From NCBI GenBank assembly GCA_947630485.1, contig CANRHU010000006.1:528-64527 (forward strand): 64,000 nucleotides of DNA, written 5' to 3'. The position numbers and the translations under genes are program-made. This DNA is from an uncultured Lachnospiraceae bacterium (GTDB lineage Bacteria; Bacillota; Clostridia; Lachnospirales; Lachnospiraceae). The notes under the pieces are model-generated. The model was not told where the DNA came from and made no database searches. It saw nothing but the letters and a program-made list of their open reading frames with translations. Positions 1 through 9,038 of the stretch are shown here, piece by piece; the first letter of the stretch is position 1, and each line of letters opens with the position of its first letter.

Positions 1-267
1 GTGGTTTTAGGCTCCGGTTTGTTCGGAAGCGTACTGATGAATACGATGGCCAGGGAATCACAGACCGCCGATGTGACGGCTTATTATACCAGCATGAAGA
101 TTGAAGAGGGCGATTCCCTCTGGAGCATCGCACAGAAATATGCCCCTGAGCTTGAACTGACGACGCAGGAGTATGTTGACAGGCTGCGTGTGATGAACCA
201 TCTCAAGGGCGATACGATCCACACGGGCAGATATCTGACGATTATGTACCTCGGTGATACCGAATAG
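1..267 (+). CDS. LysM-domain protein, C-terminal part (ORF open to the window edge); YneA-like small membrane-anchored LysM protein
   Basis: A hydrophobic stretch (VLGSGLFGSVLM) is followed by a LysM-type segment (IEEGDSLWSIAQKY...DTIHTGRYLTI). The gene is convergent with the recombinase gene. Confidence 0.6.
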   Translation: MVLGSGLFGSVLMNTMARESQTADVTAYYTSMKIEEGDSLWSIAQKYAPELELTTQEYVDRLRVMNHLKGDTIHTGRYLTIMYLGDTE

Positions 268-298
268 CTGACCGGCGCGGATCTCTGTGCAGCAGTTT

Positions 299-1360
299 TC
301 AGTTTTCCTCGCGCAGACGCACCTTGTCACGGGCGCTGCGGCGGCGCGCATCGTCAAGAGCCGCGTAATGTTTCTTTGTCGTATTTACATCGGAGTGACC
401 GAGCACATCCGCCACCAGATAGATATCGCCGGTTTCCTGATAGAGCGAGGTTCCGTAGGTACTGCGCAGCTTGTGGGGCGTAATCTTTTTAAGCGGCGTT
501 ACAATTTTGGCATATTTCTTTACCAGGTTTTCCACGCTCCGCACGGAGATTCTCTTCATCTGAAGAGAGAGGAAGAGAGCGTTTTCATGACCCTCAGCCG
601 GGGTCAGATGTTTTCGCTCCTCAAGGTAATCCTTTAACGCTTCCTCCACCTCGTCCCCGAAGTAGACGGTGACCTCTTTGCCTCCTTTGCGGTGGACGCG
701 TATCCCGTTGTTTTTAAAATCGACGTCTGTGATATCGAGTCCCACGCACTCGGACACACGGATCCCCGTTCCCAGAAGAAGCGTCATCAGTGCCAGGTCG
801 CGGACCTGCGTTTTCTCGTGAAAAGCCCGCTGCTTTTGTGTCAGGCTGTCGCCGCTTTCCACCGTATCCAAAAGCATAGCGACTTCATCGATATCCAGAC
901 GGATGATATCTTTTTCATGCAGCTTGGGAAGCTTCGCAATGGCAGCGGGATTGTTTTTCAGCTGTTCCGTCCGATAGTAGTAGTTATAAAAGCTTTTCAG
1001 GGACGACATCTTGCGCATGATTCCACGTTCTTTGTTGACGACCTCCTTCTGCTTATCGTTAAAACGGTATTTTAGATACTCCATGTATTCCTCCATATCC
1101 GTCACGCGCAGCTGATCGAGGTGTTCCAGTGTAAAATCACGAATATCCATGTTCGTAAAAAGCGGATTTTCTTTCCTCAGGAAATCGAAAAAGACTTTCA
1201 GGTCATACGCATAGGCGATTCGTGTGCGCGAGGAAGTCTGCGGTTCAATTCCGCGGAAAAAATCAGCGCAGAAGGGCGGAAGTTCCCGGATCAGTTCGCG
1301 CAGATGCAATGTGTTTTCACGGTCCTTTTGTTCATAATATGGGATATTAGCATTCGCCAT
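299..1360 (-). CDS. tyrosine recombinase, XerC/XerD family
   Basis: ORF 299..1414. I place the start at ATG 1358-1360 (MANANIPYY) because AGGAGG lies 9 nt upstream. The catalytic signature is visible: GIRVSE (Arg), HKLRSTY (HxxR), LGHSDVNTTKKHY (His..Tyr). Confidence 0.8.
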   Translation of the reverse strand: MANANIPYYEQKDRENTLHLRELIRELPPFCADFFRGIEPQTSSRTRIAYAYDLKVFFDFLRKENPLFTNMDIRDFTLEHLDQLRVTDMEEYMEYLKYRFNDKQKEVVNKERGIMRKMSSLKSFYNYYYRTEQLKNNPAAIAKLPKLHEKDIIRLDIDEVAMLLDTVESGDSLTQKQRAFHEKTQVRDLALMTLLLGTGIRVSECVGLDITDVDFKNNGIRVHRKGGKEVTVYFGDEVEEALKDYLEERKHLTPAEGHENALFLSLQMKRISVRSVENLVKKYAKIVTPLKKITPHKLRSTYGTSLYQETGDIYLVADVLGHSDVNTTKKHYAALDDARRRSARDKVRLREEN

Positions 1361-2168
1361 CGTATGGTTCCTCCTGAGATTTTTGATCGGATTCTGTGTC
1401 TGATGATAATACATCCGATAGTGATATTTTTTCTGCTAGGGATATGTCGTCTGATTTTTGCCAGCCGGGAAGAGTACTTGACACAACCGCATGGAACAGG
1501 TTTTCCTTTATATGAGGGTTTTCCTGCAGCAAAAATTTCGTTATTTTTTTAACATATTCGCGTTTCGTATAACCATCCGCTGGGCACGGATTCTGACATA
1601 CCGGCAGCTCGTAGCGATTCCGGAATCCAACGACGTCTGCCTCAGATACATAAATCATCGGCCGTATCACCTGCAGTTTCGTGCGGTCCAGATAGGTACA
1701 CGGAGCAAACGAATAAAAACGGCCTTCGTAAAACAGGGACAACAAAGCCGTTTCGATAACGTCATCCTGGTGATGTGCATAAGCCACCTTGTTGCAGCCC
1801 AGATCCAGGGCCGCCTTGTTTAAGGCACCTTTGCGCAGTTTGGCACAGAGCGCACATGGATTGGTTTCTTTGCGCGCCTGAAACAATATTTTTCCGATAT
1901 CCGTGGGAATGACCGTATATGGGACCAGAAATCGCTCACAGAGCGTTTTGACCGGTTCCGGATCAAAGCCTTCAAAGCCCAGGTCCACCGTAACCGCGCA
2001 AAGTTCAAATTTCTTCGGATAAAATCGCCGCAAACCATGCAGCGCATAAAGAAGCGTCAAACTGTCTTTGCCGCCTGAAATTCCCACAGCGATTCGATCA
2101 CCGTCGTCGATTAGATGATAATCGTCGATTGCCTGACGTGTTAAACTGTACAGACGCTGCAACTTCAT
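1347..2168 (-). CDS. PP-loop ATPase, TtcA-like tRNA thiolation family
   Basis: PP-loop motif SGGKDS is present, with Cys clusters NPCALCAK and CQNPCP. The acidic C-terminal tail overlaps the recombinase start by 14 nt. Confidence 0.7.
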   Translation of the reverse strand: MKLQRLYSLTRQAIDDYHLIDDGDRIAVGISGGKDSLTLLYALHGLRRFYPKKFELCAVTVDLGFEGFDPEPVKTLCERFLVPYTVIPTDIGKILFQARKETNPCALCAKLRKGALNKAALDLGCNKVAYAHHQDDVIETALLSLFYEGRFYSFAPCTYLDRTKLQVIRPMIYVSEADVVGFRNRYELPVCQNPCPADGYTKREYVKKITKFLLQENPHIKENLFHAVVSSTLPGWQKSDDISLAEKISLSDVLSSDTESDQKSQEEPYDGEC

Positions 2169-2236
2169 GAAATACCCCTTTTCCCCTGCTATCTATTCGT
2201 TAAAGAAGTGTTTCGCGAATAGTTTGATTCCTCTTT

Positions 2237-2265
2237 ATCTTACTCTTTTCAAACAGGAAAGTCAA
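2237..2265 (-). promoter_or_regulatory. sigma-A-type promoter for the TtcA-like gene (TTGACT-17 nt-TAAGAT)
   Basis: Read on the minus strand: TTGACT, then the 17-nt spacer ttcctgtttgaaaagag, then TAAGAT. It lies about 70 nt upstream of the ATG at 2168. Confidence 0.5.
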
Positions 2266-2447
2266 CATTTTTCCCAAAGAAACAAACTTTAGCGTAGACA
2301 AAATTTAGTGGAGACAATCAGCAAAGCGGCCGCCCGACAAGATAGATAGGCCGTATGAAGCCGGATTATCTCCACACAAATTCCAGTATTTCAAAAATTT
2401 ATCACGCAGTGACCAGTTTTTACTGCTTGTTCCTTTTACTGCATGAT

Positions 2448-3083
2448 TTACTGTTTGATTTGTTCCCCTTTGATTCTGGAGAACGTGCGGATCAGTTCAA
2501 CTGCTCCGTCAATTCCTGTGGCGCTGCTGTTGATGCACAGATCGTAATTCCTGGCATCTCCCCATTTTTTGCCGGAATAGTAATTATAATAGCTGGAACG
2601 GTTTTTGTCTGTCTTAATCATAATATCCTTGGCTTTGGCGGCCGTCACATTATGAATCTCCGTCAGATGCTCGATCCGGTCTTTCTCATCCCCGGTGATA
2701 AAAACAGTGATCGTGTTCGGGAAATCCGCCAGCGCGTAGTCGGCGCAGCGTCCCACAAATACGCAGGACTCTTCTGTCGCAAGCTTTTTGATCGTATCAA
2801 ACTGCGCGAGGAATATCTTGTGATTGATAGGCATATTCATGTATGCGGAAGTACCGTAGCCCATGGAATACGTATCCATGACAAGCGAGTATAAAAAACT
2901 GTTGGCTTTCTTTTCATCATGGCTTTCAAACAACTCCTTGCACAGGCCGCTGTTTTTGGCGGATTCTGTCAGAAGTTCCTTATCGTAACACTTGATGCCC
3001 AGTGTTTCAGCGAGCTTCATGCCGATTGAGCGGCCTTTGCTCCCACACTGCCGTCCAATTGTAAATACCAAATTGCCACCCAT
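2448..3083 (-). CDS. cytidylate kinase-like family protein (P-loop)
   Basis: ORF 2448..3167, trimmed to MGGNLVFTIGRQCGSKGR (RBS AGGAGAG upstream). It has a GxxGSxGR P-loop and a typical small cytidylate-kinase-like layout. Confidence 0.6.
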   Translation of the reverse strand: MGGNLVFTIGRQCGSKGRSIGMKLAETLGIKCYDKELLTESAKNSGLCKELFESHDEKKANSFLYSLVMDTYSMGYGTSAYMNMPINHKIFLAQFDTIKKLATEESCVFVGRCADYALADFPNTITVFITGDEKDRIEHLTEIHNVTAAKAKDIMIKTDKNRSSYYNYYSGKKWGDARNYDLCINSSATGIDGAVELIRTFSRIKGEQIKQ

Positions 3084-3163
3084 ACGCCCTCTCCTTTCGC
3101 CACTGTGCGTGGTCTTAAGAAAATTATATCGCAAACCGTCCGGAATGTATAGTGTTTTTTCAG

Positions 3164-4075
3164 TCATTTTCTCAGTTTCACGAGCAGCTGTTCAAAATAT
3201 TCCGGAAGCGGCGCCCGAAATTCCATATATTCGCCGGTGCGCGGATGAACAAAGCCCAAAACACCTGCATGCAGCGTCTGCCCTTCGAGGGCAAATGGAC
3301 ATTTGGCCGGTCCGTATACGGTATCTCCCAGTACCGGGTGATGAATCGAGCTCATATGAACGCGGATCTGATGCGTCCGTCCTGTCTCAAGTCTGCACTC
3401 GATGTAGGTGTAAGCGGAAAAACGCTCCAACACCTGGTAATGCGTGACAGCATGACGACCGTTTTTTACACAGACAGCCATTTTTTTACGGTCTGTGGGA
3501 TGACGGCCGATGGGGGCGTCGACAACGCCTGTCTCCTCGCGGATCACTCCGCAGACGATCGCCTGATAGCGTCTTGTAATGGAATGACACTTAAGCTGCT
3601 CCGCGATGGAATTATGCGCCATATCGTTTTTGCAGACAATCAGAATCCCCGTCGTGTCGCGGTCGATCCGATGAACGATGCCGGGCCGCATGACGCCGTT
3701 GATACCGGATAGATTGCCCTTACAATGCGCCATCAGTCCGTTGACCAGCGTGTCGTCCACATGACCGGCAGCCGGATGGACAACCATACCCTTCGGTTTA
3801 TTGACAAGAAGGATATCTTCATCCTCATAGAGGATATCCAGCTCCATCTCCCTCGCCGCAATCTCCGGCTCCGAGGCTTCCGGAATCTCAAAATCGATCT
3901 GATCCCCTCCGGAAACCCGGTAATTGGCTTTGGCGGGATTTCCATTTACCAGGATGTCCCCGGATTTCAGCAGCTTCTGAAGATAGGATCTGGACAACCC
4001 GCCGCAGACGTCGGTCAGATAGCGGTCGATCCGGAGATCCTTCTCTTCCTCTTCCACCTGATAGTGCTGTTTCAC
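3164..4075 (-). CDS. rluD: 23S rRNA pseudouridine synthase, RluA/RluD family
   Basis: N-terminal S4-like region (RIDRYL...LQKLLKSGDILVNG) and catalytic motif HRIDRDTTGILIV. There is a 4-nt overlap with lspA. Confidence 0.85.
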   Translation of the reverse strand: MKQHYQVEEEEKDLRIDRYLTDVCGGLSRSYLQKLLKSGDILVNGNPAKANYRVSGGDQIDFEIPEASEPEIAAREMELDILYEDEDILLVNKPKGMVVHPAAGHVDDTLVNGLMAHCKGNLSGINGVMRPGIVHRIDRDTTGILIVCKNDMAHNSIAEQLKCHSITRRYQAIVCGVIREETGVVDAPIGRHPTDRKKMAVCVKNGRHAVTHYQVLERFSAYTYIECRLETGRTHQIRVHMSSIHHPVLGDTVYGPAKCPFALEGQTLHAGVLGFVHPRTGEYMEFRAPLPEYFEQLLVKLRK

Positions 4076-4590
4076 CGGGACTCCCTCCTGCCCGAAACCA
4101 TGGCGGTCAATTCCTCGTCGCTGTACACGCCGAAAAACAGAAGGACGAACAGCAGCCCGGTAGCGCAGGTCACATAGCAGTCTGCCACGTTAAAAATCGG
4201 AAAATTGATCAGTTTGAAATAGATGAAGTCCACCACATAGCCCTGCGTCATACGATCAATCAGATTGCCTGCCGCACCGGCCGCAATCACGATCATGCAG
4301 ATGATAAGCGGAAGGAAGCGCTTTTCTGTCGGAAGAGTCCAGAGCAGATAGAGAACCGCCGCAAAGACAAGGACGGCCACAACAATGAACAAAAACTGCT
4401 TCCCCTCAAGAAGGCCGAAGGCCGCCCCGCTGTTTTCCGAGTACAGAAATTCGAATACGCCGTCCCAGATCACATAGGGATCCTGATTCATCAGATGCGC
4501 AACCGCCAAATGTTTCGTCCACTGATCCAGCGCGATCAGCAGACGAAAGAATAGAAACGCCAGTGCCAGGCGGACAATCCGGTTTTTCAT
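4072..4590 (-). CDS. lspA: lipoprotein signal peptidase II
   Basis: Four hydrophobic segments with conserved NSGAAFG and FNVAD motifs. It sits in the lspA-rluD pairing that is usual in Firmicutes. Confidence 0.85.
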   Translation of the reverse strand: MKNRIVRLALAFLFFRLLIALDQWTKHLAVAHLMNQDPYVIWDGVFEFLYSENSGAAFGLLEGKQFLFIVVAVLVFAAVLYLLWTLPTEKRFLPLIICMIVIAAGAAGNLIDRMTQGYVVDFIYFKLINFPIFNVADCYVTCATGLLFVLLFFGVYSDEELTAMVSGRRESR

Positions 4591-5711
4591 CTCAGCACTC
4601 CTCCTCTGTCATTGTTGATTACTGCGGCAAGACCCCTTCTGATCTCATCCGCGGTTACCGTACAGTCGATGTATGCGTCGCCGATTGCGCGCAGAAGAAT
4701 AAAACGAATCTGCCCTCCGTCCATCTTCTTATCATTTTTGGTGGCTTCGAGGATCTGCTCCGGATCGATTCCGCTGACGCTGACCGGCATACGGTAAGCC
4801 TTAAGAAGGCCGCGGATCTCTTCTTCCTCCCCATCCGTCAGATATCCTCTCTCCCGGGAGATCGACACCGCGGCCAGGAGTCCCAGGCCCACGCAGTGTC
4901 CATGCAGCATTTGGAAATTCATATATTTCTCAATCGCATGTCCGGCCGTGTGCCCGAAATTGAGCAGCGCGCGAGCGCCCTGTTCTGTCGGATCTTCCTC
5001 CACAATCTGCCGTTTGATCTCATCGCTTCTCCGAATCATCTCCAGGCAGACGGACGGGTCGCGTTTTAGAATCGCCGGCTGATTTGCACGCAGCCATTCA
5101 TAATAGTCCCCGTCGCGGATGAGACCGTGTTTGATGATCTCTCCCATCCCGGAGCTGTATTGTTCCTCGGTCAGCGTGCGAAGCGTTTCCACATTTGTGT
5201 ATACCAGCTTCGGCATGTGGAACGCGCCGACCATATTCTTATACGCGTCGAAATCCACGCCGGTTTTGCCGCCGATGGAGCTGTCCACCTGCGCCAACAG
5301 CGTGGTAGGGATCTGGAGAAAAGCAATGCCGCGCAGATAGGTCGCTGCGGCAAAACCGCACAGATCTCCGACAACGCCGCCGCCAAGCGCGGCCAGCATG
5401 TCCTTCCGGTCAAACTGATGTTTGATCAGATGTTCGTAGAGAGCTCTTACCGTGTCGAGATTCTTCTGCTCTTCCCCGGCAGGAAACACAAACGAAGTGA
5501 GTTCTCTGCAGCATCCCGTAAGGGCGGAGGAGACGGCATCAAGATAAAGTCCGGCTACGGTCGAATCCGTCACAATACAGATCCGTCTGCCCGCCGTCCC
5601 CAGGGCGCGCACCTCGTCCGCCAGACTGTCAAAGGAACGTTCAAAAACAATATCGTAAATCGGAAGCGAGTCCCGATGTACCTGCAATCTTGTGTCCATA
5701 AGTTTCTCCAT
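4587..5711 (-). CDS. aroB: 3-dehydroquinate synthase
   Basis: GGGVVGDLCGFAAATYLRGI nucleotide-binding motif and metal-binding His residues (HTAGHAIE, HGHCVGLG). Confidence 0.85.
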   Translation of the reverse strand: MEKLMDTRLQVHRDSLPIYDIVFERSFDSLADEVRALGTAGRRICIVTDSTVAGLYLDAVSSALTGCCRELTSFVFPAGEEQKNLDTVRALYEHLIKHQFDRKDMLAALGGGVVGDLCGFAAATYLRGIAFLQIPTTLLAQVDSSIGGKTGVDFDAYKNMVGAFHMPKLVYTNVETLRTLTEEQYSSGMGEIIKHGLIRDGDYYEWLRANQPAILKRDPSVCLEMIRRSDEIKRQIVEEDPTEQGARALLNFGHTAGHAIEKYMNFQMLHGHCVGLGLLAAVSISRERGYLTDGEEEEIRGLLKAYRMPVSVSGIDPEQILEATKNDKKMDGGQIRFILLRAIGDAYIDCTVTADEIRRGLAAVINNDRGGVLR

Positions 5712-5716
5712 TCTGC

Positions 5717-5790
5717 AAAAAAAGCAGACACTCCGACCGACCGGCTCATACCCGCCTCACAGCAGAATGCATAGACCGGGGAATGTCTGC
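5717..5790 (-). terminator. possible long-loop terminator hairpin after sepF
   Basis: 11-nt arms (gcagacactcc at 5724-5734, ggaatgtctgc at 5780-5790; one G-U pair). On the minus strand they are followed by a T7 run. The loop is about 45 nt, so this is weak. Confidence 0.35.
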
Positions 5791-5805
5791 AAAAAAATCA
5801 GGCGA

Positions 5806-6336
5806 TCAGATCCGGAAATTCAGGCCGGGGATGTCCATGCTGCCGCTTCCGCCTAAGAGATCCTGAAAATCACCCGACAACTCCACGGATTCCGGAGTCG
5901 CTATAAAAATATAATTCGAAATCTTCTGGAGATTTCCGTTCATGGAGTAGGTTGCGCCGGAAGTGAAATCGATAATGCGCTGCGCGATCTCCGTCTGAAG
6001 GCCTTCCATATTGAGGACGACCGCCTTTCCGGCCAGCAGGTAATCGCAGATCTCCTTTGCGTCCTCGATCGAGGTGGGCTTCACCATGGAAACCTCCATG
6101 CTGCGCTTCATCGGAACAACCTTCGCCGACGAGCGGCTGCTTCCGCCTAGGAAACGAGGCTTGGGAGGCTCGTCCTCTTCCAGATCATCATAGTAATCAT
6201 CGTCCTGTTTATTACTGCCGAAAAGACTGCTCTTCTTCGCCGGTTTCTCATCCTCATAATCATCGTCAAGGAAGTAATCGTCATCCTCATTTTCTCTAAG
6301 CCGAATGCTGTCCATAAACTTGCCAAAAACACCCAT
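5806..6336 (-). CDS. sepF: cell division protein SepF
   Basis: Acidic low-complexity N-terminal half, then the conserved SepF C-domain (KPTSIEDAKEICDYLLAGKAVVLNMEGL...IFIATPESVELSGD). It lies directly downstream of yggS. Confidence 0.85.
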   Translation of the reverse strand: MGVFGKFMDSIRLRENEDDDYFLDDDYEDEKPAKKSSLFGSNKQDDDYYDDLEEDEPPKPRFLGGSSRSSAKVVPMKRSMEVSMVKPTSIEDAKEICDYLLAGKAVVLNMEGLQTEIAQRIIDFTSGATYSMNGNLQKISNYIFIATPESVELSGDFQDLLGGSGSMDIPGLNFRI

Positions 6337-6338
6337 CG

Positions 6339-7037
6339 CTAATAACTCTCCCTTTTAATTCGTTCACCGAAGATTCCGGTCCCTACTCTCACCATCGTGG
6401 CACCTTCCTCAATCGCCACCTCGAAGTCGCCCGTCATGCCCATGGAAAGAATATTCATATCAATATTATCGACGTTTTTGCTTTTCATGTCAATAAAAAG
6501 TTGATACAATTTTCTAAAAACATGCCGGTTTTCTTCCGCGTCCGCGACAAAAGGAGCAATTGTCATCAGCCCCCGTACCTTCACATGCGGCAGGGCGGCG
6601 ATTTCCGTCAGGGCCGCGGCCACGTCCTCCGCAAAGAATCCGAATTTGCTTTCCTCCCGAGCGACATTTACCTCCAGAAGAACCGGCGTCACAAGCCCCT
6701 GCCGGGCCGATTCCTTTTCAATCTCCCGCGCCAGCTTCACGGAATCCACCGAGTGGATCAGACATGCCCTGCCGACGACCTGCCGCACCTTGTTGGTCTG
6801 AAGATGGCCGATCATATGCCATCGGATATCCGCGGGAAGCCGCGGATATTTCTCCAGAATCTCCTGCACTTTATTTTCTCCGAAATCCCTGGCTCCGGCC
6901 TCGTAAGCCTCCTCAAGGTCGGAAACAGGCTTCGTCTTGCTGACCGCGATCAAAGTCACTTCCTCCGGGTTTCGTCCGGCCCGGGCGCAGGCCTCCGCAA
7001 CACGCTTTTGTATCTCATGATACCTTTCTTCCACCAT
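6339..7037 (-). CDS. yggS: YggS/YlmE family pyridoxal-phosphate homeostasis protein
   Basis: PLP-lysine context LIAVSKTKP and a TIM-barrel alanine-racemase-N-like sequence. Classic ylmE-sepF synteny. Confidence 0.85.
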   Translation of the reverse strand: MVEERYHEIQKRVAEACARAGRNPEEVTLIAVSKTKPVSDLEEAYEAGARDFGENKVQEILEKYPRLPADIRWHMIGHLQTNKVRQVVGRACLIHSVDSVKLAREIEKESARQGLVTPVLLEVNVAREESKFGFFAEDVAAALTEIAALPHVKVRGLMTIAPFVADAEENRHVFRKLYQLFIDMKSKNVDNIDMNILSMGMTGDFEVAIEEGATMVRVGTGIFGERIKRESY

Positions 7038-7051
7038 ATGAAAACACCTCT

Positions 7052-8452
7052 CTATTGATAGATCAGATCTCCCTCGCCGCCCACGGTAGACGCGTCCAGC
7101 ACGATATGGTCATAGACGCTCAGACCATAACTGGTTCCCTTTTTCACGGTGTAGAACTCATCGTTCTGGGCGAGAATCTCAATCTGCTTAAACACCGAGT
7201 ATCCACGGTTAATATTATAAACGCCCTGAAGGGAAGCTGTCTGGCCGATCTGGAAGCGGTCTGAGGAATCCGGTTTGACCAGATAATCTCCCGCGTGGAG
7301 CGGCTCGTCCTCCGCCGTATCAATATAATAGTATTCGTCCGTCGAATAGTAGATGGTCGTGGGAACGAATTCCACCAGCGTACCGTTTTCCGTGTAGATT
7401 TCCTTATTAAAGCCCTCCTGATCCGAATCTCCTCCCGTCGTCAGGTAGGTGACCGGAATCAGATAGAAATTTTTCGACGTGACCGCGCTGACCGGAATTT
7501 TCAGTCCCTGGGCCACGTCCATGACGACCTGGAAGTCCAGATACCGTTCGGAAATAAACTGAACCATATATTTTGTAAAATCAAGTTTTCCGTAGCGCTC
7601 CCCATCAGCGCCCGCAACCATGGAAAAATCGCCGCTCGTCGTTAAATCGTGTCCCGGGAACCGGACTGTCAGCGACGTCTGCTCCCCAAAGTCCGTCACA
7701 TCGCTTTCTGACAGCGGAAAAATCAGGGACCAATTATCATCCGTCACAATCTTATAGACCGGCGTGCCCTGCTCTACCAGATCGCCCGCGTGCGTGATCG
7801 CGCGGCTGTATTTGCTGCGGTCAAAATCGCTCTGCGTAATCTGAGAAGCCTCCAGATCTTCGCAGCCGTCGATCGAATAGGAAATCACTCCGCTCACGGG
7901 CGCCTGAATCTGTGAAAAATTACCGCCCAGCTGCTGGGCCAGCTGTTCATCCGTATTCAGGGAATTGAAATTCGCGTACTCCATGACCATGGCCTCCAGG
8001 GAGTACTTGGCGTCATAAACCTGATCGAACTGTCCGTCCGAATAGGCCAGACTGAACGCGGAAAGCGCCTTCTTCACGCTGGCGACGTCCTGATCCGATA
8101 AAAGCTCCGTGCTGGAAGCATTCTCTTCCATAAGCCGGGCCACCTGACCGGTCTCATCCATGGAGTAGACGCTCGTCCCGGCCGCCGCGCGCTTGCCTTC
8201 GCGGATGTAATAGTTGATATAACCGCTTTGGGCCGCGTATTCAGTCGTCTCATCCCGCAGAATGATTCCTGTAAAATTCCTGTCGTTGACGATGGAGCCC
8301 TCCGTCACCTCGTAAGGCTGTACCTTCTCCCTCGTCTGGTACTGATAAACATAGAAGGCCAGATACAGAAACATCAGCGCAAAAACGATCATGCCAATAT
8401 TAATCCGCAGAGGACGACGATATTTGACGATCTTCTTACTCTTCTTAGCCAT
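7052..8452 (-). CDS. membrane-anchored HlyD-like (barrel-sandwich) protein
   Basis: Basic N-terminus plus one TM segment (INIGMIVFALMFLYLAFYVY). A lipoyl/barrel-sandwich-like segment follows (APVSGVISYSIDG...GTPVYKIVTDDNWSLIF). The family call is from memory, not a search. Confidence 0.5.
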   Translation of the reverse strand: MAKKSKKIVKYRRPLRINIGMIVFALMFLYLAFYVYQYQTREKVQPYEVTEGSIVNDRNFTGIILRDETTEYAAQSGYINYYIREGKRAAAGTSVYSMDETGQVARLMEENASSTELLSDQDVASVKKALSAFSLAYSDGQFDQVYDAKYSLEAMVMEYANFNSLNTDEQLAQQLGGNFSQIQAPVSGVISYSIDGCEDLEASQITQSDFDRSKYSRAITHAGDLVEQGTPVYKIVTDDNWSLIFPLSESDVTDFGEQTSLTVRFPGHDLTTSGDFSMVAGADGERYGKLDFTKYMVQFISERYLDFQVVMDVAQGLKIPVSAVTSKNFYLIPVTYLTTGGDSDQEGFNKEIYTENGTLVEFVPTTIYYSTDEYYYIDTAEDEPLHAGDYLVKPDSSDRFQIGQTASLQGVYNINRGYSVFKQIEILAQNDEFYTVKKGTSYGLSVYDHIVLDASTVGGEGDLIYQ

Positions 8453-8466
8453 GAACCGTTCTCCTC

Positions 8467-8492
8467 AAAAAGAGCCTGACACAGCAGGCTCT
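8467..8492 (-). terminator. rho-independent terminator after the small P-loop gene
   Basis: 8-bp stem agagcctg/caggctct with a 6-nt loop. On the minus strand it is followed by TTTT, immediately before the RBS of the HlyD-like gene. Confidence 0.6.
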
Positions 8493-8526
8493 TCATTCTA
8501 TCCGTATACAGAAAACGCAGGGTTCC

Positions 8527-8946
8527 TTACAGGGAAACCGTCACCTTCTCACGCATACTCTCCGGAAGCGCATCCGCGTCACGGGAGACGCTCAGCACAA
8601 AGGTTACATGGAAGTTCTCGCCGATCTTTTCCAGCTCATTCACGGTCTCCGTGATATCCTGGCCCTCAAGGCAGGCCAGCTTTAAGAAACTGTCAAGAAA
8701 CATCACTTCCAGGTCGTGGTCCTGAGAAATAATTCCGCTGATAAATCCGAGAAATCTGGAACTGTCATTGATATCGAACCCCTTTACATTGATCAGGCGG
8801 ATCCTGTTATTCAGTTCATACATATGCTTGGAGCTTTTATCAAGATAAACGATCGAACCTTTCGCTTCTTTAATCGCTGCATTCGCCTTATCCAGCAGAT
8901 ATTTCGTCTTACCTTTGCCCTTGTCGCCTGCAATAATCTGCACCAT
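8527..8946 (-). CDS. minimal stand-alone P-loop NTPase-like protein (139 aa), function unknown
   Basis: Walker A-like GDKGKGKT at residues 7-14 and Walker B-like LEVMFLDSF. It has its own promoter and terminator and is visibly more AT-rich than its neighbours. Confidence 0.5.
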   Translation of the reverse strand: MVQIIAGDKGKGKTKYLLDKANAAIKEAKGSIVYLDKSSKHMYELNNRIRLINVKGFDINDSSRFLGFISGIISQDHDLEVMFLDSFLKLACLEGQDITETVNELEKIGENFHVTFVLSVSRDADALPESMREKVTVSL

Positions 8947-9006
8947 ACTTTTTTGTCCTCCTTGAGTTTATATGTTTTGTATAGAAAGTTATTTATTTTC
9001 AGTTCA

Positions 9007-9035
9007 ATTATAGTATATCCCGTCACAAAAGGCAA
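9007..9035 (-). promoter_or_regulatory. sigma-A-type promoter of the P-loop gene (TTGCCT-17 nt-TATAAT)
   Basis: Minus-strand reading: TTGCCT, tttgtgacgggatatac (17 nt), TATAAT. It lies about 60 nt upstream of ATG 8946. Confidence 0.5.
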
Positions 9036-9038
9036 TCC

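Noticed and set aside
299-1360. The tyrosine recombinase, considered as a marker of an integrated mobile element.
   Set aside because: No phage, ICE or IS genes, no tRNA and no flanking repeats lie nearby. It sits among housekeeping genes next to a YneA-like LysM gene. That is consistent with a chromosomal Xer-type recombinase.
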